From: an uncultured Verrucomicrobiae bacterium
GTDB lineage: Bacteria > Verrucomicrobiota > Verrucomicrobiia > Chthoniobacterales > Chthoniobacteraceae
DNA length: 64,000 nucleotides
Reading direction: 5' to 3'
Assembly (NCBI GenBank): GCA_963828525.1
Contig: CAWHEP010000011.1
Coordinates: forward strand, 128,001 to 192,000
Numbering within the stretch: position 1 is the first letter of the stretch; each line of letters opens with the position of its first letter. Of this stretch, positions 1 to 10,023 are shown one piece after another. The notes under the pieces are model-generated. The model ran no database searches. It saw only the letters and a list, made by a program, of their open reading frames with translations, and had not been told where the DNA came from. The position numbers were made by a program, and so were the translations under genes.

Positions 1-182
1 GAGCGGTGAAATGCCGGCAGCCATAAGGTCTGCGTTAACGAAGCGCGTGATCCGGGCTACCTTCAGCAGGAACGGGCGAGCGAAAGTGGTCTTTCCCGCC
101 CGGTTAGGGCCTGCTATCACGACGCAACGGGGCTGGGCAGGCATCGTGTGAGCAAGGTATGGAAATCCCGATCTGCTTAGAT

Positions 183-1541
183 CTATAACTCAGCGGTCGG
201 CCGCGCGATTTCATCGCGCCCCGAAAGATTGGTGGCCTCGAAGCCGCCCTTTGAGCGATCCCGAAGCCAGATGGCTCCGAAGACGAGAAGCAGGACGGCT
301 GGCAGGATCGCGACGACCCGGAAGGACATGCGCGACGCGACCATCAATACTGCGTTCAACTGGTCGCCAGAGAGCGCCTTGAAAGCTGCCTCACCGCCCG
401 CCGCGTCAATCTTCGCGTGGTCGAAGACTTCGCCCATCTTCGGAAGCACGAAATAGATCGAAAGTGTGCCTGCGGTGCCCATAAGGCCCATCAGCAGGGC
501 ACCCCCTCTTGGGAATCGTTCAGATGCCGCAGCCAGCATCGTCGGCCACATGTAGCAAACGCCCGTTCCCCACACAGTGGCGGCGAGCAGGCCCGTGATA
601 GGGGAGTTTGCGAAGCTGAGAGCCACCAAGCCGAGGGAGGCAAGGAGGCAGGAAATCCAAAGAAGGCCGACAGGGGAAAATTTGTGGGCCATTGGCCCGG
701 CAAAATGACGCATCACAAACATGAGACCGCTCACATAGACCAGCAGCCAGATTCCCTGCATCCCCACGGTGCGGGTCAACGCGACGTTTACCCACTGCCC
801 CGGCGCCAGCTCGGACGCCGCCGTGAGAAACATCGAGAAGAACCAGACCAAAAAGAAAGGGTTCAGCACCTCCTTGAACATATCCGACACGCTCACGCCA
901 GCCGCGACGCGCTCTGTTGGTGGGAACTTTGTGCCGATGAGCATTAGCCCGAAGATGACCGCTGGCAAAAGAACGACTGCTTGTTTCGCCTGCCAGCCGA
1001 GGGATGTGTGACCGATGGCGAGTCCCAACAGTCCCCCGATGATGAGCCCCGCGGGCCACCAAGCGTGGAGAACATTGAGCCGATGCGTTTTCTCAGCGGG
1101 ATAGAGCGTCGCCGCGAGCGGATTTATCGACGTTTCCACGAGGCCCCATGCGACACCGCTGAGCGCCATACCGAGCCAGATAACCCGGTAGATCGGCATT
1201 GCGGTCGCGAGTTTTTCCGCAAACAGCACCGTCGTAGTACCCACAAGGAAACAGCAGCTCGCGATTCCGAGCACGCGCCCCATGCCAATCGAATCCAGGA
1301 GAGGGCTTCCGATTGCAATCGCCAACGCAAACCCCAGGAAAGCGACGCCGAGCACCGCTCCGATCATGCCAGCGGAGTTCAAGGGGTCAACCCGGTCAAA
1401 AAAAGTGGTTTTTAGATCGTCGGCAATGCTGGCCCGGATGCTGAAAGCGACGCCCGCGGTCACCAGCGCAACCACGCTAAGCGTGAAGAGCTTTTTCCTG
1501 TTGTATTCCGAATGGCGATCCAGGGTTTTAGTCGTTTGCAT
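183..1541 (-). CDS. MFS transporter (sugar-permease-like)
   Basis: 452 aa, about 12 hydrophobic segments; [16 protein letters not shown] and [11 protein letters not shown] motifs of FucP-like MFS proteins. Confidence 0.85.
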   Translation of the reverse strand: MQTTKTLDRHSEYNRKKLFTLSVVALVTAGVAFSIRASIADDLKTTFFDRVDPLNSAGMIGAVLGVAFLGFALAIAIGSPLLDSIGMGRVLGIASCCFLVGTTTVLFAEKLATAMPIYRVIWLGMALSGVAWGLVETSINPLAATLYPAEKTHRLNVLHAWWPAGLIIGGLLGLAIGHTSLGWQAKQAVVLLPAVIFGLMLIGTKFPPTERVAAGVSVSDMFKEVLNPFFLVWFFSMFLTAASELAPGQWVNVALTRTVGMQGIWLLVYVSGLMFVMRHFAGPMAHKFSPVGLLWISCLLASLGLVALSFANSPITGLLAATVWGTGVCYMWPTMLAAASERFPRGGALLMGLMGTAGTLSIYFVLPKMGEVFDHAKIDAAGGEAAFKALSGDQLNAVLMVASRMSFRVVAILPAVLLLVFGAIWLRDRSKGGFEATNLSGRDEIARPTAEL

Positions 1542-1643
1542 GTTTCCTGTGGGGGCGGGTGCGGATTGCGCGGTGAGAGGGGGCAGCTAACGCAAGACTG
1601 CCTGCCTCAAGAGGCGCTGTCGACGCCCTTCTCATCCCCCGGG

Positions 1644-1664
1644 AAAAAGGCGGAAGGAACCGCC
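1644..1664 (-). terminator. Possible intrinsic terminator after the L,D-transpeptidase gene
   Basis: Minus strand reads GGCGG-TTCCTT-CCGCC followed by TTTTT, just past the stop at 1670; stem is short. Confidence 0.4.
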
Positions 1665-1669
1665 CGAGC

Positions 1670-2518
1670 TTATTTGGAAGCGCCAGTCTTCGATGAGGCC
1701 AGGGACATCCCTGGGAGATCCGCAAGAAGAATGCTTAATCGAAAGGGGCTAGCGGGCTTGGTCGATGCCAGCTTGTGAGAGTCGCTTTGAGGAGCGGCCT
1801 TTGAAACATTCGCAACCTTAGGAACATCCGCGAGTTTTGCAGACGGCGGATTTGTCGGAGTGGCTGCCAGTTTTGCGGCGGGCGCTGCTGGCGGGGCCTT
1901 GGCGAGCAACACCTGCTTTGGCGCCTCGTACCTGTGTAACTTCGGCAGATGTTCAGCAATGATCGTCACATCCGCTCCCACCGGGACATCATTGAAGAGT
2001 TCGATCACGTCCTTGGAGCGCATCCGGATGCAACCCCAGCTAACCGGTTCGCCAATATTCTTCTCCTCGGGCGTGCCGTGGATATAAATGCCGCGTTCCC
2101 GGGCGCGGCGATTTTGGGCTTCGAGACCATCCAGCCAAAGGATGCGAGTCACGATCGGATCGCGTCCCGGCGCGTTTACGCGCAGCACCTCGCCGGTGGC
2201 CGAACGGTGCCTGATCACCGCGCCCGGGCTAAGGTTATCCCCGATCTTGTCCGCGATGCGCAGCTTCCCCAAGGGCGTGCGATAGCTTCCATAGGAATCG
2301 CCCGCTCCGAATTTTGAAGTGGAGACGGGATATTGATGGACAAGACCGCCTTCGCATACCAGCGCGAGCCGCTGATCCGCGATGCTGATGACAAGCTGGG
2401 GCCGGGGTTGCTCGGCTGAGATGGGTTGGAGCTTGAGCGCGTCTGCTGCGCAAGCGACGCTCGCCATGCACCCAAACAACACAATTCCCTCGATTAGCCG
2501 GTCTAGTATCTGCCGCAC
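1670..2518 (-). CDS. L,D-transpeptidase (YkuD domain) with Pro/Ala/Lys-rich tail
   Basis: IYIHGT...SWGCIRM catalytic His/Cys motif; N-terminal signal-like segment. Confidence 0.9.
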   Translation of the reverse strand: MRQILDRLIEGIVLFGCMASVACAADALKLQPISAEQPRPQLVISIADQRLALVCEGGLVHQYPVSTSKFGAGDSYGSYRTPLGKLRIADKIGDNLSPGAVIRHRSATGEVLRVNAPGRDPIVTRILWLDGLEAQNRRARERGIYIHGTPEEKNIGEPVSWGCIRMRSKDVIELFNDVPVGADVTIIAEHLPKLHRYEAPKQVLLAKAPPAAPAAKLAATPTNPPSAKLADVPKVANVSKAAPQSDSHKLASTKPASPFRLSILLADLPGMSLASSKTGASK

Positions 2519-2658
2519 GGGTAGCCGGAATAACCGATGTGAATAACTTGTTCAACAAAAATTTACGTTTTTTACCGGGACCCTAAAATCTGCGATTCGG
2601 GGCGCGCGTCCGGATGAAAATACTTCGCGATTCCAGCGGCGCTGGTTTAACAACATGA

Positions 2659-3120
2659 ATGCCGCGCCAGAAGAAGACCAACTACAGCGCTCTCAGACTC
2701 CTCGGAAAGAACTCCGCCGGTTATCCTTCAGCCCCTTCGGCGGCTACTCTCGACACGTTCGAAAATCGCTTTCAATCGCGGGAATACTGGGTTCGGTTCT
2801 GCTGTCCGGAGTTCACTTCTGTTTGCCCCGTGACGGGGCAGCCTGATTTCGCGCGCATCACGATCGACTACGCGCCCGCGGATCTCTGCATCGAGACGAA
2901 ATCGCTGAAATTCTATCTTGCCTCCTTTCGGAACACGCGGAGTTTCAATGAAGAGATCGTGAATCGCATTTTGGATGATCTTGTTGTTTCCTGCAAACCT
3001 CGGCGCCTTCTCGTGAGGGGGGCATTTGTCCCCCGCGGCGGAATCGCGCTTAGTGTGGAAGCGGCCTTTCCCTCGGACGAGGCCATCCCCGGTCACCGCT
3101 GGCTCCAACCTCCGGCGTGA
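2659..3120 (+). CDS. queF: NADPH-dependent 7-cyano-7-deazaguanine reductase (type I QueF)
   Basis: PEFTSVCPVTGQPDFA and ETKSLKFY motifs; first gene of the que cluster. Confidence 0.93.
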   Translation: MPRQKKTNYSALRLLGKNSAGYPSAPSAATLDTFENRFQSREYWVRFCCPEFTSVCPVTGQPDFARITIDYAPADLCIETKSLKFYLASFRNTRSFNEEIVNRILDDLVVSCKPRRLLVRGAFVPRGGIALSVEAAFPSDEAIPGHRWLQPPA

Positions 3121-3834
3121 CCGTGAGCTGCGGAGTCGATCGGGCGGTTGTGCTGCTTAGCGGTGGGATGGATTCCGTTACAGCTCTCTACGAGGCTGCC
3201 CGCATGCTGGACGTGGCAGCGGCGCTCAGTTTTGATTATGGATCGAAGCACAATGATCGAGAACTTCCCTTTGCCAAATGGCATGCGGAACAGCTCCGAA
3301 TTCCGCATCGAACGATCCCGCTGGATTTTGTGGGGAAGTTCTTCAAATCCGACCTGCTCAAAGGCGGAGGTGATCTGCCAAAAGGTCATTATGAAGAGCT
3401 TTCGATGCGAAAAACGGTCGTTCCTTTTCGAAACGGCATCATGCTCTCTGTCGCGGCGGGCTTTGCGGAAAGCGTGGACGCGAAAGTGCTCATCATTGCT
3501 GCCCATTCGGGAGACCACGCCATCTACCCGGATTGCCGCCCCGAATTTTTGGACGCCATGGGCAAAGCGGTAATGCTCGGGACCTATGCGGGAATCACAA
3601 TTTTCGTCTCCCTTCGCGGAAATGACAAAGTCGGAGATCGCCCGCCGGGGCGCCGCTCTCGGAGTGGATTTTGCCAGGACTTGGTCGTGCTATGTGGGCG
3701 AAGAGGTTCACTGCGGGGAGTGCGGCACGTGTGTGGAGCGGCGGGAGGCGTTTCTGCTCTCCGGGGTGCCTGATCCCACCTGCTATCGCAGCCTGGCGCC
3801 ATTGCCTGCCAAGCCAGCCAGCGAATCGGCGTAG
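3117..3834 (+). CDS. queC: 7-cyano-7-deazaguanine synthase, frameshifted near 3600-3612
   Basis: [23 protein letters not shown] in one frame; Zn motif TWSCY...HCGECGTC continues in ORF 3586..3834. Confidence 0.92.
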
Positions 3835-3836
3835 CG

Positions 3837-4526
3837 ATGTTCGTATCAGAGATTTTTCACTCCATCCAAGGCGAGGGGGAGTTGACCGGCGTCCCTTCGG
3901 TCTTCGTGCGAACATCCGGATGTAATCTCCGCTGTGAGTGGTGTGATACCAAGTACGCTTCGTGGCAGCCGGAAGGCGAGGAGATGTCGGTGGATGATAT
4001 CCTGCGGAGGGTGACTGGGTTCCCCAGTCAGCATTGCGTCCTCACGGGTGGTGAACCGATGGTTGCCAGAGGCATGCATGAACTTGCTGGCCGTCTGAAG
4101 TCCACCGGCAGGCACATTACCATCGAGACAGCGGGGACAATCCCGCCCGAAGGGATCGCCTGTGATCTCGCATCCCTAAGCCCAAAGCTCGCCAATTCCG
4201 ATCCAGTTTCTTTGGGCGGAGCCTGGATCGACCGCCATGAGCATACCCGGCTTCAGCCCGAGATTATAGCCCAATGGGTCGACGCCTACCCGTTTCAAAT
4301 TAAGTTCGTCGTTTCATCCGCGAATGACATGGAGGAGATTGACACGCTGCTCGCGTCGGTAAACAGAACGTTCCCGCCTTCCAAGGTTCTTCTGATGCCG
4401 CAAGGTATCAACGAAGGCGAACTTAGGGCGCGCGCGGCCTTCCTGATGGATATTTGCAAGGAACGCGGTTTTAGATACTGCGACCGTCTTCACGTCCATC
4501 TGTTCGGCAACAAACGGGGGACTTAG
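3837..4526 (+). CDS. queE: 7-carboxy-7-deazaguanine synthase (radical SAM)
   Basis: EIFHSIQGEG, GCNLRCEWCDT (CxxxCxxC), LTGGEP, C-terminal RLHVHLFG. Confidence 0.95.
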   Translation: MFVSEIFHSIQGEGELTGVPSVFVRTSGCNLRCEWCDTKYASWQPEGEEMSVDDILRRVTGFPSQHCVLTGGEPMVARGMHELAGRLKSTGRHITIETAGTIPPEGIACDLASLSPKLANSDPVSLGGAWIDRHEHTRLQPEIIAQWVDAYPFQIKFVVSSANDMEEIDTLLASVNRTFPPSKVLLMPQGINEGELRARAAFLMDICKERGFRYCDRLHVHLFGNKRGT

Positions 4527-4530
4527 AACA

Positions 4531-4986
4531 ATGCCATACCGTATTTGCAAAACATTCGAGATCGAAAACGGGCACATGCTGTCCAAGCATCCCGACAAGT
4601 GCCGGTTCCCGCACGGGCACACGCGGAAAGTCGAATTCATCCTGGAATGCGCTGACCTGGATGAGAATGAAATGGTGTGTGATTTCAAGGTCATCCGTGA
4701 GGCTGCGGAGAGCATCCTCGATGCGTACGATCACGCAATGTGTCTGAACACGGCGGATCCCGACTTTGAGAGGTTCAAAGCCAGCTACGGGGACCGTGTC
4801 ATCGGGTTTCTGAAGCAAGATCCGACGACGGAAGTCATTGCCAAAACCATCCATGACCATTTCAAAAATGCTCTCGCGGAATATTCCAAGCGTCCTACTA
4901 ACCGATACCCACTCCGCGACCGCGCCCGCATCGTCAGAGTCCGTGTTTGGGAGACGAGCTCATCGTGGGCGGAATACTCAGAGTAG
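4531..4986 (+). CDS. queD: 6-carboxytetrahydropterin synthase
   Basis: CRFPHGH, DF, YDH, PTTE and VWET motifs; que context. Confidence 0.9.
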   Translation: MPYRICKTFEIENGHMLSKHPDKCRFPHGHTRKVEFILECADLDENEMVCDFKVIREAAESILDAYDHAMCLNTADPDFERFKASYGDRVIGFLKQDPTTEVIAKTIHDHFKNALAEYSKRPTNRYPLRDRARIVRVRVWETSSSWAEYSE

Positions 4987-7413
4987 TTGCCTTACTTCCC
5001 ATTGGCGATCGTCGCGCCTCATCCTGTGCGCCGGAAGCAGCGGAGGCAGTTCGATAGTCCCCGCAGCGGCGGCTACGTGCAAGGCGGCTGCGGCTTTGAG
5101 AGCGTTCCAGCGATCCCAATCGTACGCGGGCGCCCAAAGTATGTGGCGCAACAAACTCCGCCACTCCAGAATTGCCCGCTCAATGTCCCCGGGGCGCAAA
5201 GACTCCGTGACCATCTTCTGCCGGGACGCGTGTCGCTCCACGATGTCTCGCACTACTTCGGAAGCGCCTGCTCCGTAATCAATGGGCACCCCCATGTCCA
5301 GATAGCCAGGGTAGTCGGCCCGCCCATAGGTTCGCTGGCAGAGCACTCCCAGTTTGCCACCGTAAGGAGAATCCTCTTCCGAAAAGCGGGGGCCCGCCCG
5401 CAGATTTGCCAAGTCAAAAACGAGGCTTTCTATTTCATAGTGCGGATCCTCAAGCGCTGCCGCCACAGCCAGCCCCTCTCCATGGTTGAAGAATCCAAAA
5501 ATGATCCCACGGCGTGTCGGAATCCCGTCTCGATCCGTGAGGCCCAGGCTCCGCCATGCGTAGGCGGGCGAGGAAACAATCTCGACAGACTCGCAGTATT
5601 CGCGCTCAGGGCAACCCCGGCATGGGAAAGGGACTGTATCCCGCGCGGGAGGATCCAGTAGCAGCTTTCCGAGAGAGTCTCGACGCGCGGGACGCTCGAC
5701 TCGGGAATAATCCAGTCGCGCCACGACCGTGGCCCCTCGCGCAACCAAATCGAAAAGCATCCCGCCCCCAGTCGCTTCCGGGAGAACAGGAGGCAGAAGA
5801 GTCGCGAGTGTGGCAAAGTCAGCAGTCGTCCGGCGAATGAGCTTGCGGGCCCACTTTGTCAAAGTCCATGGCTCTGGGGCGAGCTCGTGTCCGGGTTCGG
5901 GCGCTGTTGAGGTCGCGACGACAATCTCGCGCCCATAGGTCTTGGAAGCGCCGCTTTCCAGCTTGCACAGATTGCCGATTCCGATGCCGTGAAGGGTGAG
6001 GGGAAGTTGCAAGGCTCTGCGCCAATGCCCGCCTTCATACATGAGCAAGCTGCCGAGGCCAGCAGGCACAGTCGCTTCGTTTGCTGATTCCCAGACGCCC
6101 GCGGAGTTTAGAATCTCGCGCTGTGGCCGCCGGGTAAATCTCGCTCGCTCCATATCCACGGAGAGACCGCAGGGCATGGGGCCAGTTTCGAGCGAATGCT
6201 CGATGCCGAGAGCCGCCGGCGCCTGGCCGAAGAGCCGTGTCGCAACATCCAGAGCGGCCAGCAAGGGCTTTTCATCCCGTTCCACAGCGGTTTGCATCAC
6301 TGTCAGCAGGGAAGGCCAGTCAACCCTGTTCTCGCGTTTCAGATGCCGCGCGCGCGCGTTCTGCAGTCTGGGACGCCCTGGGGCAATGAGGGCGTAGCCT
6401 CGCTCATCCAAACCGCGCCTCCCCGCCCGGCCGAACATCTGCAGGAGTTCATCCGGCTGGATTTCACGCTCAAAATGACCGGCCATATACCGCGTGTCTG
6501 TGATAAGAACCGACCGCATTGAGAAATTGATGCCGGCCGCCAATCCCATCGTGGCCACCACGGCGCGCAGGTGCCCGTTTTTGGCCAGCGGTTCGATCAA
6601 ACCGGCGCGCGCCGCGTAGCTGAGACCGCTATGGTGGTATGCCACCCTGCTCTTGAGCAGCTTCGCAAGGCGTGGCCCCGCCAGCATTTCCTGCTCCCGT
6701 GAGAGACCGAGAGGCTCATCGGGTGGCAGCCAGGAGGCCAGGGCCTGCGCCACCTGTTCACTGGCATTCCTGCGGGGAGCGAAGATGAGCACGGGACCGA
6801 GTCCGGCCTGCAATGCTCGCCCAACGAGGTCGGGCCAGCCGTCCGCGCGTGATCTGGCGGGCTTGGGCAGAGAGAGCGCATCAACTTCCTCCAAAGGCAC
6901 CGGACGCTCCAGATGAGAAACCAGCAAGGCGTCGCGGCCGATTCTGCGCAGCCATGACACAATGTCGCCGGGGTTGCCGACGCTGCCGCTGAGCAGGAGC
7001 AACTGTGTCTCCGGTGGCGCGAGCGCGATTGCCGTCTCGTAATGCACCCCTCGGGAAGAGTGGGCCATCATTTGGTATTCGTCGATTACCAGCAGCCGGG
7101 GCCCAGTCCTCCTTAAGAATTTGCCCTTCTGCGTCTCCAGGGTCGCGACGAGCACTTTCGCTTCCGTGTTCCACGCGACATCCCCGGTGGCGATCCCCAC
7201 ATCCCAGCCCCGCGCCTGCCATTCCGCGAGCTTGTCATTCGCAAGGGCCCGTGTGGGCACGGTATAAATCGCCTGCCCCTTTAACGCGGGATAAAGCAGC
7301 TCAAAGACATATGTTTTTCCCGCTCCGGTGGGGGCATGAATTACGACATCCCGTCTGGCTTGAAGCGCGCGAACAGCCTCCTGCTGCCACAGATCGGGGA
7401 TGATCAGGTGCAT
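4978..7413 (-). CDS. SF2 DEAD/DEAH-box helicase (Ski2/HelY-like)
   Basis: APTGAGKT, PTRALAND, DEYQ, YHHSGL, QMFGRAGRRGLD; CxxCxxxxxC near the C-terminus; start taken at MHLIIPD. Confidence 0.88.
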   Translation of the reverse strand: MHLIIPDLWQQEAVRALQARRDVVIHAPTGAGKTYVFELLYPALKGQAIYTVPTRALANDKLAEWQARGWDVGIATGDVAWNTEAKVLVATLETQKGKFLRRTGPRLLVIDEYQMMAHSSRGVHYETAIALAPPETQLLLLSGSVGNPGDIVSWLRRIGRDALLVSHLERPVPLEEVDALSLPKPARSRADGWPDLVGRALQAGLGPVLIFAPRRNASEQVAQALASWLPPDEPLGLSREQEMLAGPRLAKLLKSRVAYHHSGLSYAARAGLIEPLAKNGHLRAVVATMGLAAGINFSMRSVLITDTRYMAGHFEREIQPDELLQMFGRAGRRGLDERGYALIAPGRPRLQNARARHLKRENRVDWPSLLTVMQTAVERDEKPLLAALDVATRLFGQAPAALGIEHSLETGPMPCGLSVDMERARFTRRPQREILNSAGVWESANEATVPAGLGSLLMYEGGHWRRALQLPLTLHGIGIGNLCKLESGASKTYGREIVVATSTAPEPGHELAPEPWTLTKWARKLIRRTTADFATLATLLPPVLPEATGGGMLFDLVARGATVVARLDYSRVERPARRDSLGKLLLDPPARDTVPFPCRGCPEREYCESVEIVSSPAYAWRSLGLTDRDGIPTRRGIIFGFFNHGEGLAVAAALEDPHYEIESLVFDLANLRAGPRFSEEDSPYGGKLGVLCQRTYGRADYPGYLDMGVPIDYGAGASEVVRDIVERHASRQKMVTESLRPGDIERAILEWRSLLRHILWAPAYDWDRWNALKAAAALHVAAAAGTIELPPLLPAHRMRRDDRQWEVRQLL

Positions 7414-7523
7414 GGTGGAAGCTCGACGTGGGCAGGACAGTTGTCGAGCGGGCGAGGCATTCGTCTCACGCCTGCCGGTTGTCAGAGCCCGGTTGGCAGC
7501 TCCCACCGCCAGGCTATCCTCAG

Positions 7524-8450
7524 CTACTTTGTCTTGCTCGAAGCTGTTGGCTCCTGCGGCGTTGCGGAGGGCGTGGCCGCGAGCATCTGCGCGAGGAGAT
7601 CGCTCTTTTCGGGTATCAGTATCAAGCGCGCCTCGCCTTCGAGCATCTTCTGCGTTTCCAGGATCTGGAAGATCCCTTCCTTGATCTCGGGCTCCTTCGC
7701 GATTTCATGAAGCGCCTCGCCAACGATATACGGACGCATCGCGGCGGCCCGGGCAAACTCCACCGCGGCGCCGCGCTCGGCGGTGCTGGTGATGATGCTT
7801 ACCTGGTTTGCTCCGTCTTGTTTGATGGCGGAGGTGACTTGCCGTAGCCGATTCACGACCTTTGCCTCAATCTGCTGGATCATCCCGAGATCCCGGAAAT
7901 GCACCTTCCGAATGTAAACCGAGCCGAGACTGTAACCCCATTCGCGCGATTTTTCCGAGACTTCGGTTCTCACGGCGCCGCTCATCTCGTGTCTTGTTTC
8001 CAGCATGCCCGCCAGGGGCATGTTGCTGAGGCAGCGCACTGTGGCGTTGCTGACGTTCGCCTGGAGCGAACCCCGAGGATCGGCGTTCCTGAAGAGATAG
8101 GCGACAGGGTCGCTGATGAACATCTCATACCAGATGCCGATGCCCATGGGCGCTCCTTCCTCGGAGTTTACCGGCTGGCTTCGCAGGTACTGCTGATCCA
8201 GCCTCATATCGAGCACATAGCAGCGCCCCAGCCAGTTCACGAGGAACGCCCTTACACCCAGTGAAAAAAGCAGTATGTGCAGCCCAGGTTCACTGATCGT
8301 CCCTATGACGCTTCCGAAGAGCACATAGACGCGGCAGGTGCGCTCTTCGACGATCACGTACAGCCCAAGAGTACGAACGAGGAGCAGGAATAACGGGACC
8401 AGAATGAAGGAGCCCGCGAAAACGCTGAGAAACGCGATGAGGAATTCCAT
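7524..8450 (-). CDS. SPFH/band-7 domain membrane protein
   Basis: N-terminal TM, EPGLH motif, SPFH-type core, Ala/Glu helical C-terminus. Confidence 0.8.
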   Translation of the reverse strand: MEFLIAFLSVFAGSFILVPLFLLLVRTLGLYVIVEERTCRVYVLFGSVIGTISEPGLHILLFSLGVRAFLVNWLGRCYVLDMRLDQQYLRSQPVNSEEGAPMGIGIWYEMFISDPVAYLFRNADPRGSLQANVSNATVRCLSNMPLAGMLETRHEMSGAVRTEVSEKSREWGYSLGSVYIRKVHFRDLGMIQQIEAKVVNRLRQVTSAIKQDGANQVSIITSTAERGAAVEFARAAAMRPYIVGEALHEIAKEPEIKEGIFQILETQKMLEGEARLILIPEKSDLLAQMLAATPSATPQEPTASSKTK

Positions 8451-9452
8451 CTACTTTTTAACCTCCATTATGAGGCGGCGCGCTTTTCCGAAAAGCGCGA
8501 GGCGCACGTTTCGCAAATAGGCGGGCAGCGCTTCGGGCCCGCTCTTGACCAACTCCCGCAACTGCGAAGCGAGCGCGTTTAGAGGCTCGACCTCCGCCTG
8601 TGCCTTCAAGGTTTCAATTTCAACCGCCCGCTTCGATTGCACAATCTTCTGATCCGCGGAAGCGTGCGCCAGGCTGATATCCGAAGAGACTTGGTTATGC
8701 GCGGTGTTGATCGCCGCAAGCGCCGACTCGACATCGGGTGGCGGATCGATTCCGGTGATGAGCGAGGCGTCCAGGGCGATTCCATAACGCGCCCCCGAGG
8801 AACTGCATTCCTGATCCATATGCTCGTTCAGATTGCGCAGGTTCTTCCGGAGGTCGTTGATAGAAACGTCGATTACGGCGCTCAACAGCAACCCCCCTTC
8901 TTCCCCACGGGGTTCAGGGGGCAGCAGGGAGGGAGGCGCTGAAAAGTTCGCGATTCTCTCCCGCAATACCGACACAAAATAACCCATAATATGCGCGAGC
9001 GGATTTTTGATGCCGAAAAGATAGGCGTATAGGTTCCGCTCCGATGCCCGGAACCGGATTTGCCCAGTCAGTCCCGTGTTCAGTTGATCCTTTGTCACGG
9101 CGTCCAGAATCTGGCCCTTGCTATTCGCGTCAGGATCCTCTGGATCGAACGCCATATTCACCGTCATCGTTGCGACGGAGACCTTGTAGACAGTCTCCCA
9201 TGGGAACTTGAAGTATGGCCCGCCGGGTTGGATCACGCGCAGTTGAGGGTACACGTAGCGTTCCCTTTCGTCTTCAGCGAGTGACTCGGAAATGGGATCA
9301 TCGAGAGTTGTCAGCTTTCCGAGGCGTTGCGCGCGTCCAAAGCTGGTCTTCACCGCTCGCTCATTCTGGTTTACAGTAAAGAGCCCCGACAATAGGTAGC
9401 GAACGAAGAACCACGCGATGAAGCCAAGGAAACACCCGAGAAGAATGGACAT
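8451..9452 (-). CDS. SPFH/band-7 domain membrane protein
   Basis: N-terminal TM, FTVNQNERAVKTSFG, AVTKDQL, IDPPPDVESALAAIN; its stop abuts the next ATG. Confidence 0.85.
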   Translation of the reverse strand: MSILLGCFLGFIAWFFVRYLLSGLFTVNQNERAVKTSFGRAQRLGKLTTLDDPISESLAEDERERYVYPQLRVIQPGGPYFKFPWETVYKVSVATMTVNMAFDPEDPDANSKGQILDAVTKDQLNTGLTGQIRFRASERNLYAYLFGIKNPLAHIMGYFVSVLRERIANFSAPPSLLPPEPRGEEGGLLLSAVIDVSINDLRKNLRNLNEHMDQECSSSGARYGIALDASLITGIDPPPDVESALAAINTAHNQVSSDISLAHASADQKIVQSKRAVEIETLKAQAEVEPLNALASQLRELVKSGPEALPAYLRNVRLALFGKARRLIMEVKK

Positions 9453-9512
9453 AGGAGATTTGCTGCCAACGCTTTAGATGCTCGCGTCCGCGAACTTGAT
9501 CTATTAGACGCG

Positions 9513-10013
9513 ATGATCCAGGACAAGCCAAATCGACAGGGCGGGGGATTGCATTCTGTCGCCTTCGAGCGCGCAGAAAAACCCCTGTCGAGAGGTCGTC
9601 GCTTTTGGTTGACGGTCATTCTGCTGCCCGCTGTTCTCCCGCCGCTGGGATTTATCGCTTGGTTTGCGTATAACTCCGCTCACCTCGCGGATCGCTACAC
9701 GGAAGGGAAGGGATTCATCGCGGATGTCCATGTGATCGAAGACGCCTTTCGCGCTCACGTCGCCGGGAGACAGAACTACCCGGCCTTCACCATGGATGAC
9801 CTCTCTAGCGAAGGCGCGACGAGCAAAGCAGCTGTCGAGGCGATCCGCTCCCATCATGGACATCTCGATCCGTTTTCCTCCTCAACCCCGGATACGACGG
9901 TCGTGCTGACGCTCCGAGAAAATTGGCTCTCAACCTGGGATTTCACCAAGGCTGACCTTGTGAAAACGCCCAAGGCGGCTGTGCCCAGCCCTACTTCGGC
10001 TTTCGGCTTCTGA
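9513..10013 (+). CDS. Hypothetical single-TM protein
   Basis: 166 aa ORF filling the gap, one hydrophobic segment after RRRFW. Confidence 0.55.
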   Translation: MIQDKPNRQGGGLHSVAFERAEKPLSRGRRFWLTVILLPAVLPPLGFIAWFAYNSAHLADRYTEGKGFIADVHVIEDAFRAHVAGRQNYPAFTMDDLSSEGATSKAAVEAIRSHHGHLDPFSSSTPDTTVVLTLRENWLSTWDFTKADLVKTPKAAVPSPTSAFGF

Positions 10014-10023
10014 CAATCGCGAG

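Noticed and set aside
2519..2658. preQ1 riboswitch upstream of queF
   Set aside because: No recognisable stem plus A-rich tail; an Rfam/Infernal scan would settle it.
2659..7413. que genes plus helicase as a 7-deazaguanine DNA-modification (dpd) defence island
   Set aside because: No DpdA/TGT-like or DpdB/C gene is present, queF points to tRNA queuosine synthesis, and the helicase is convergent.
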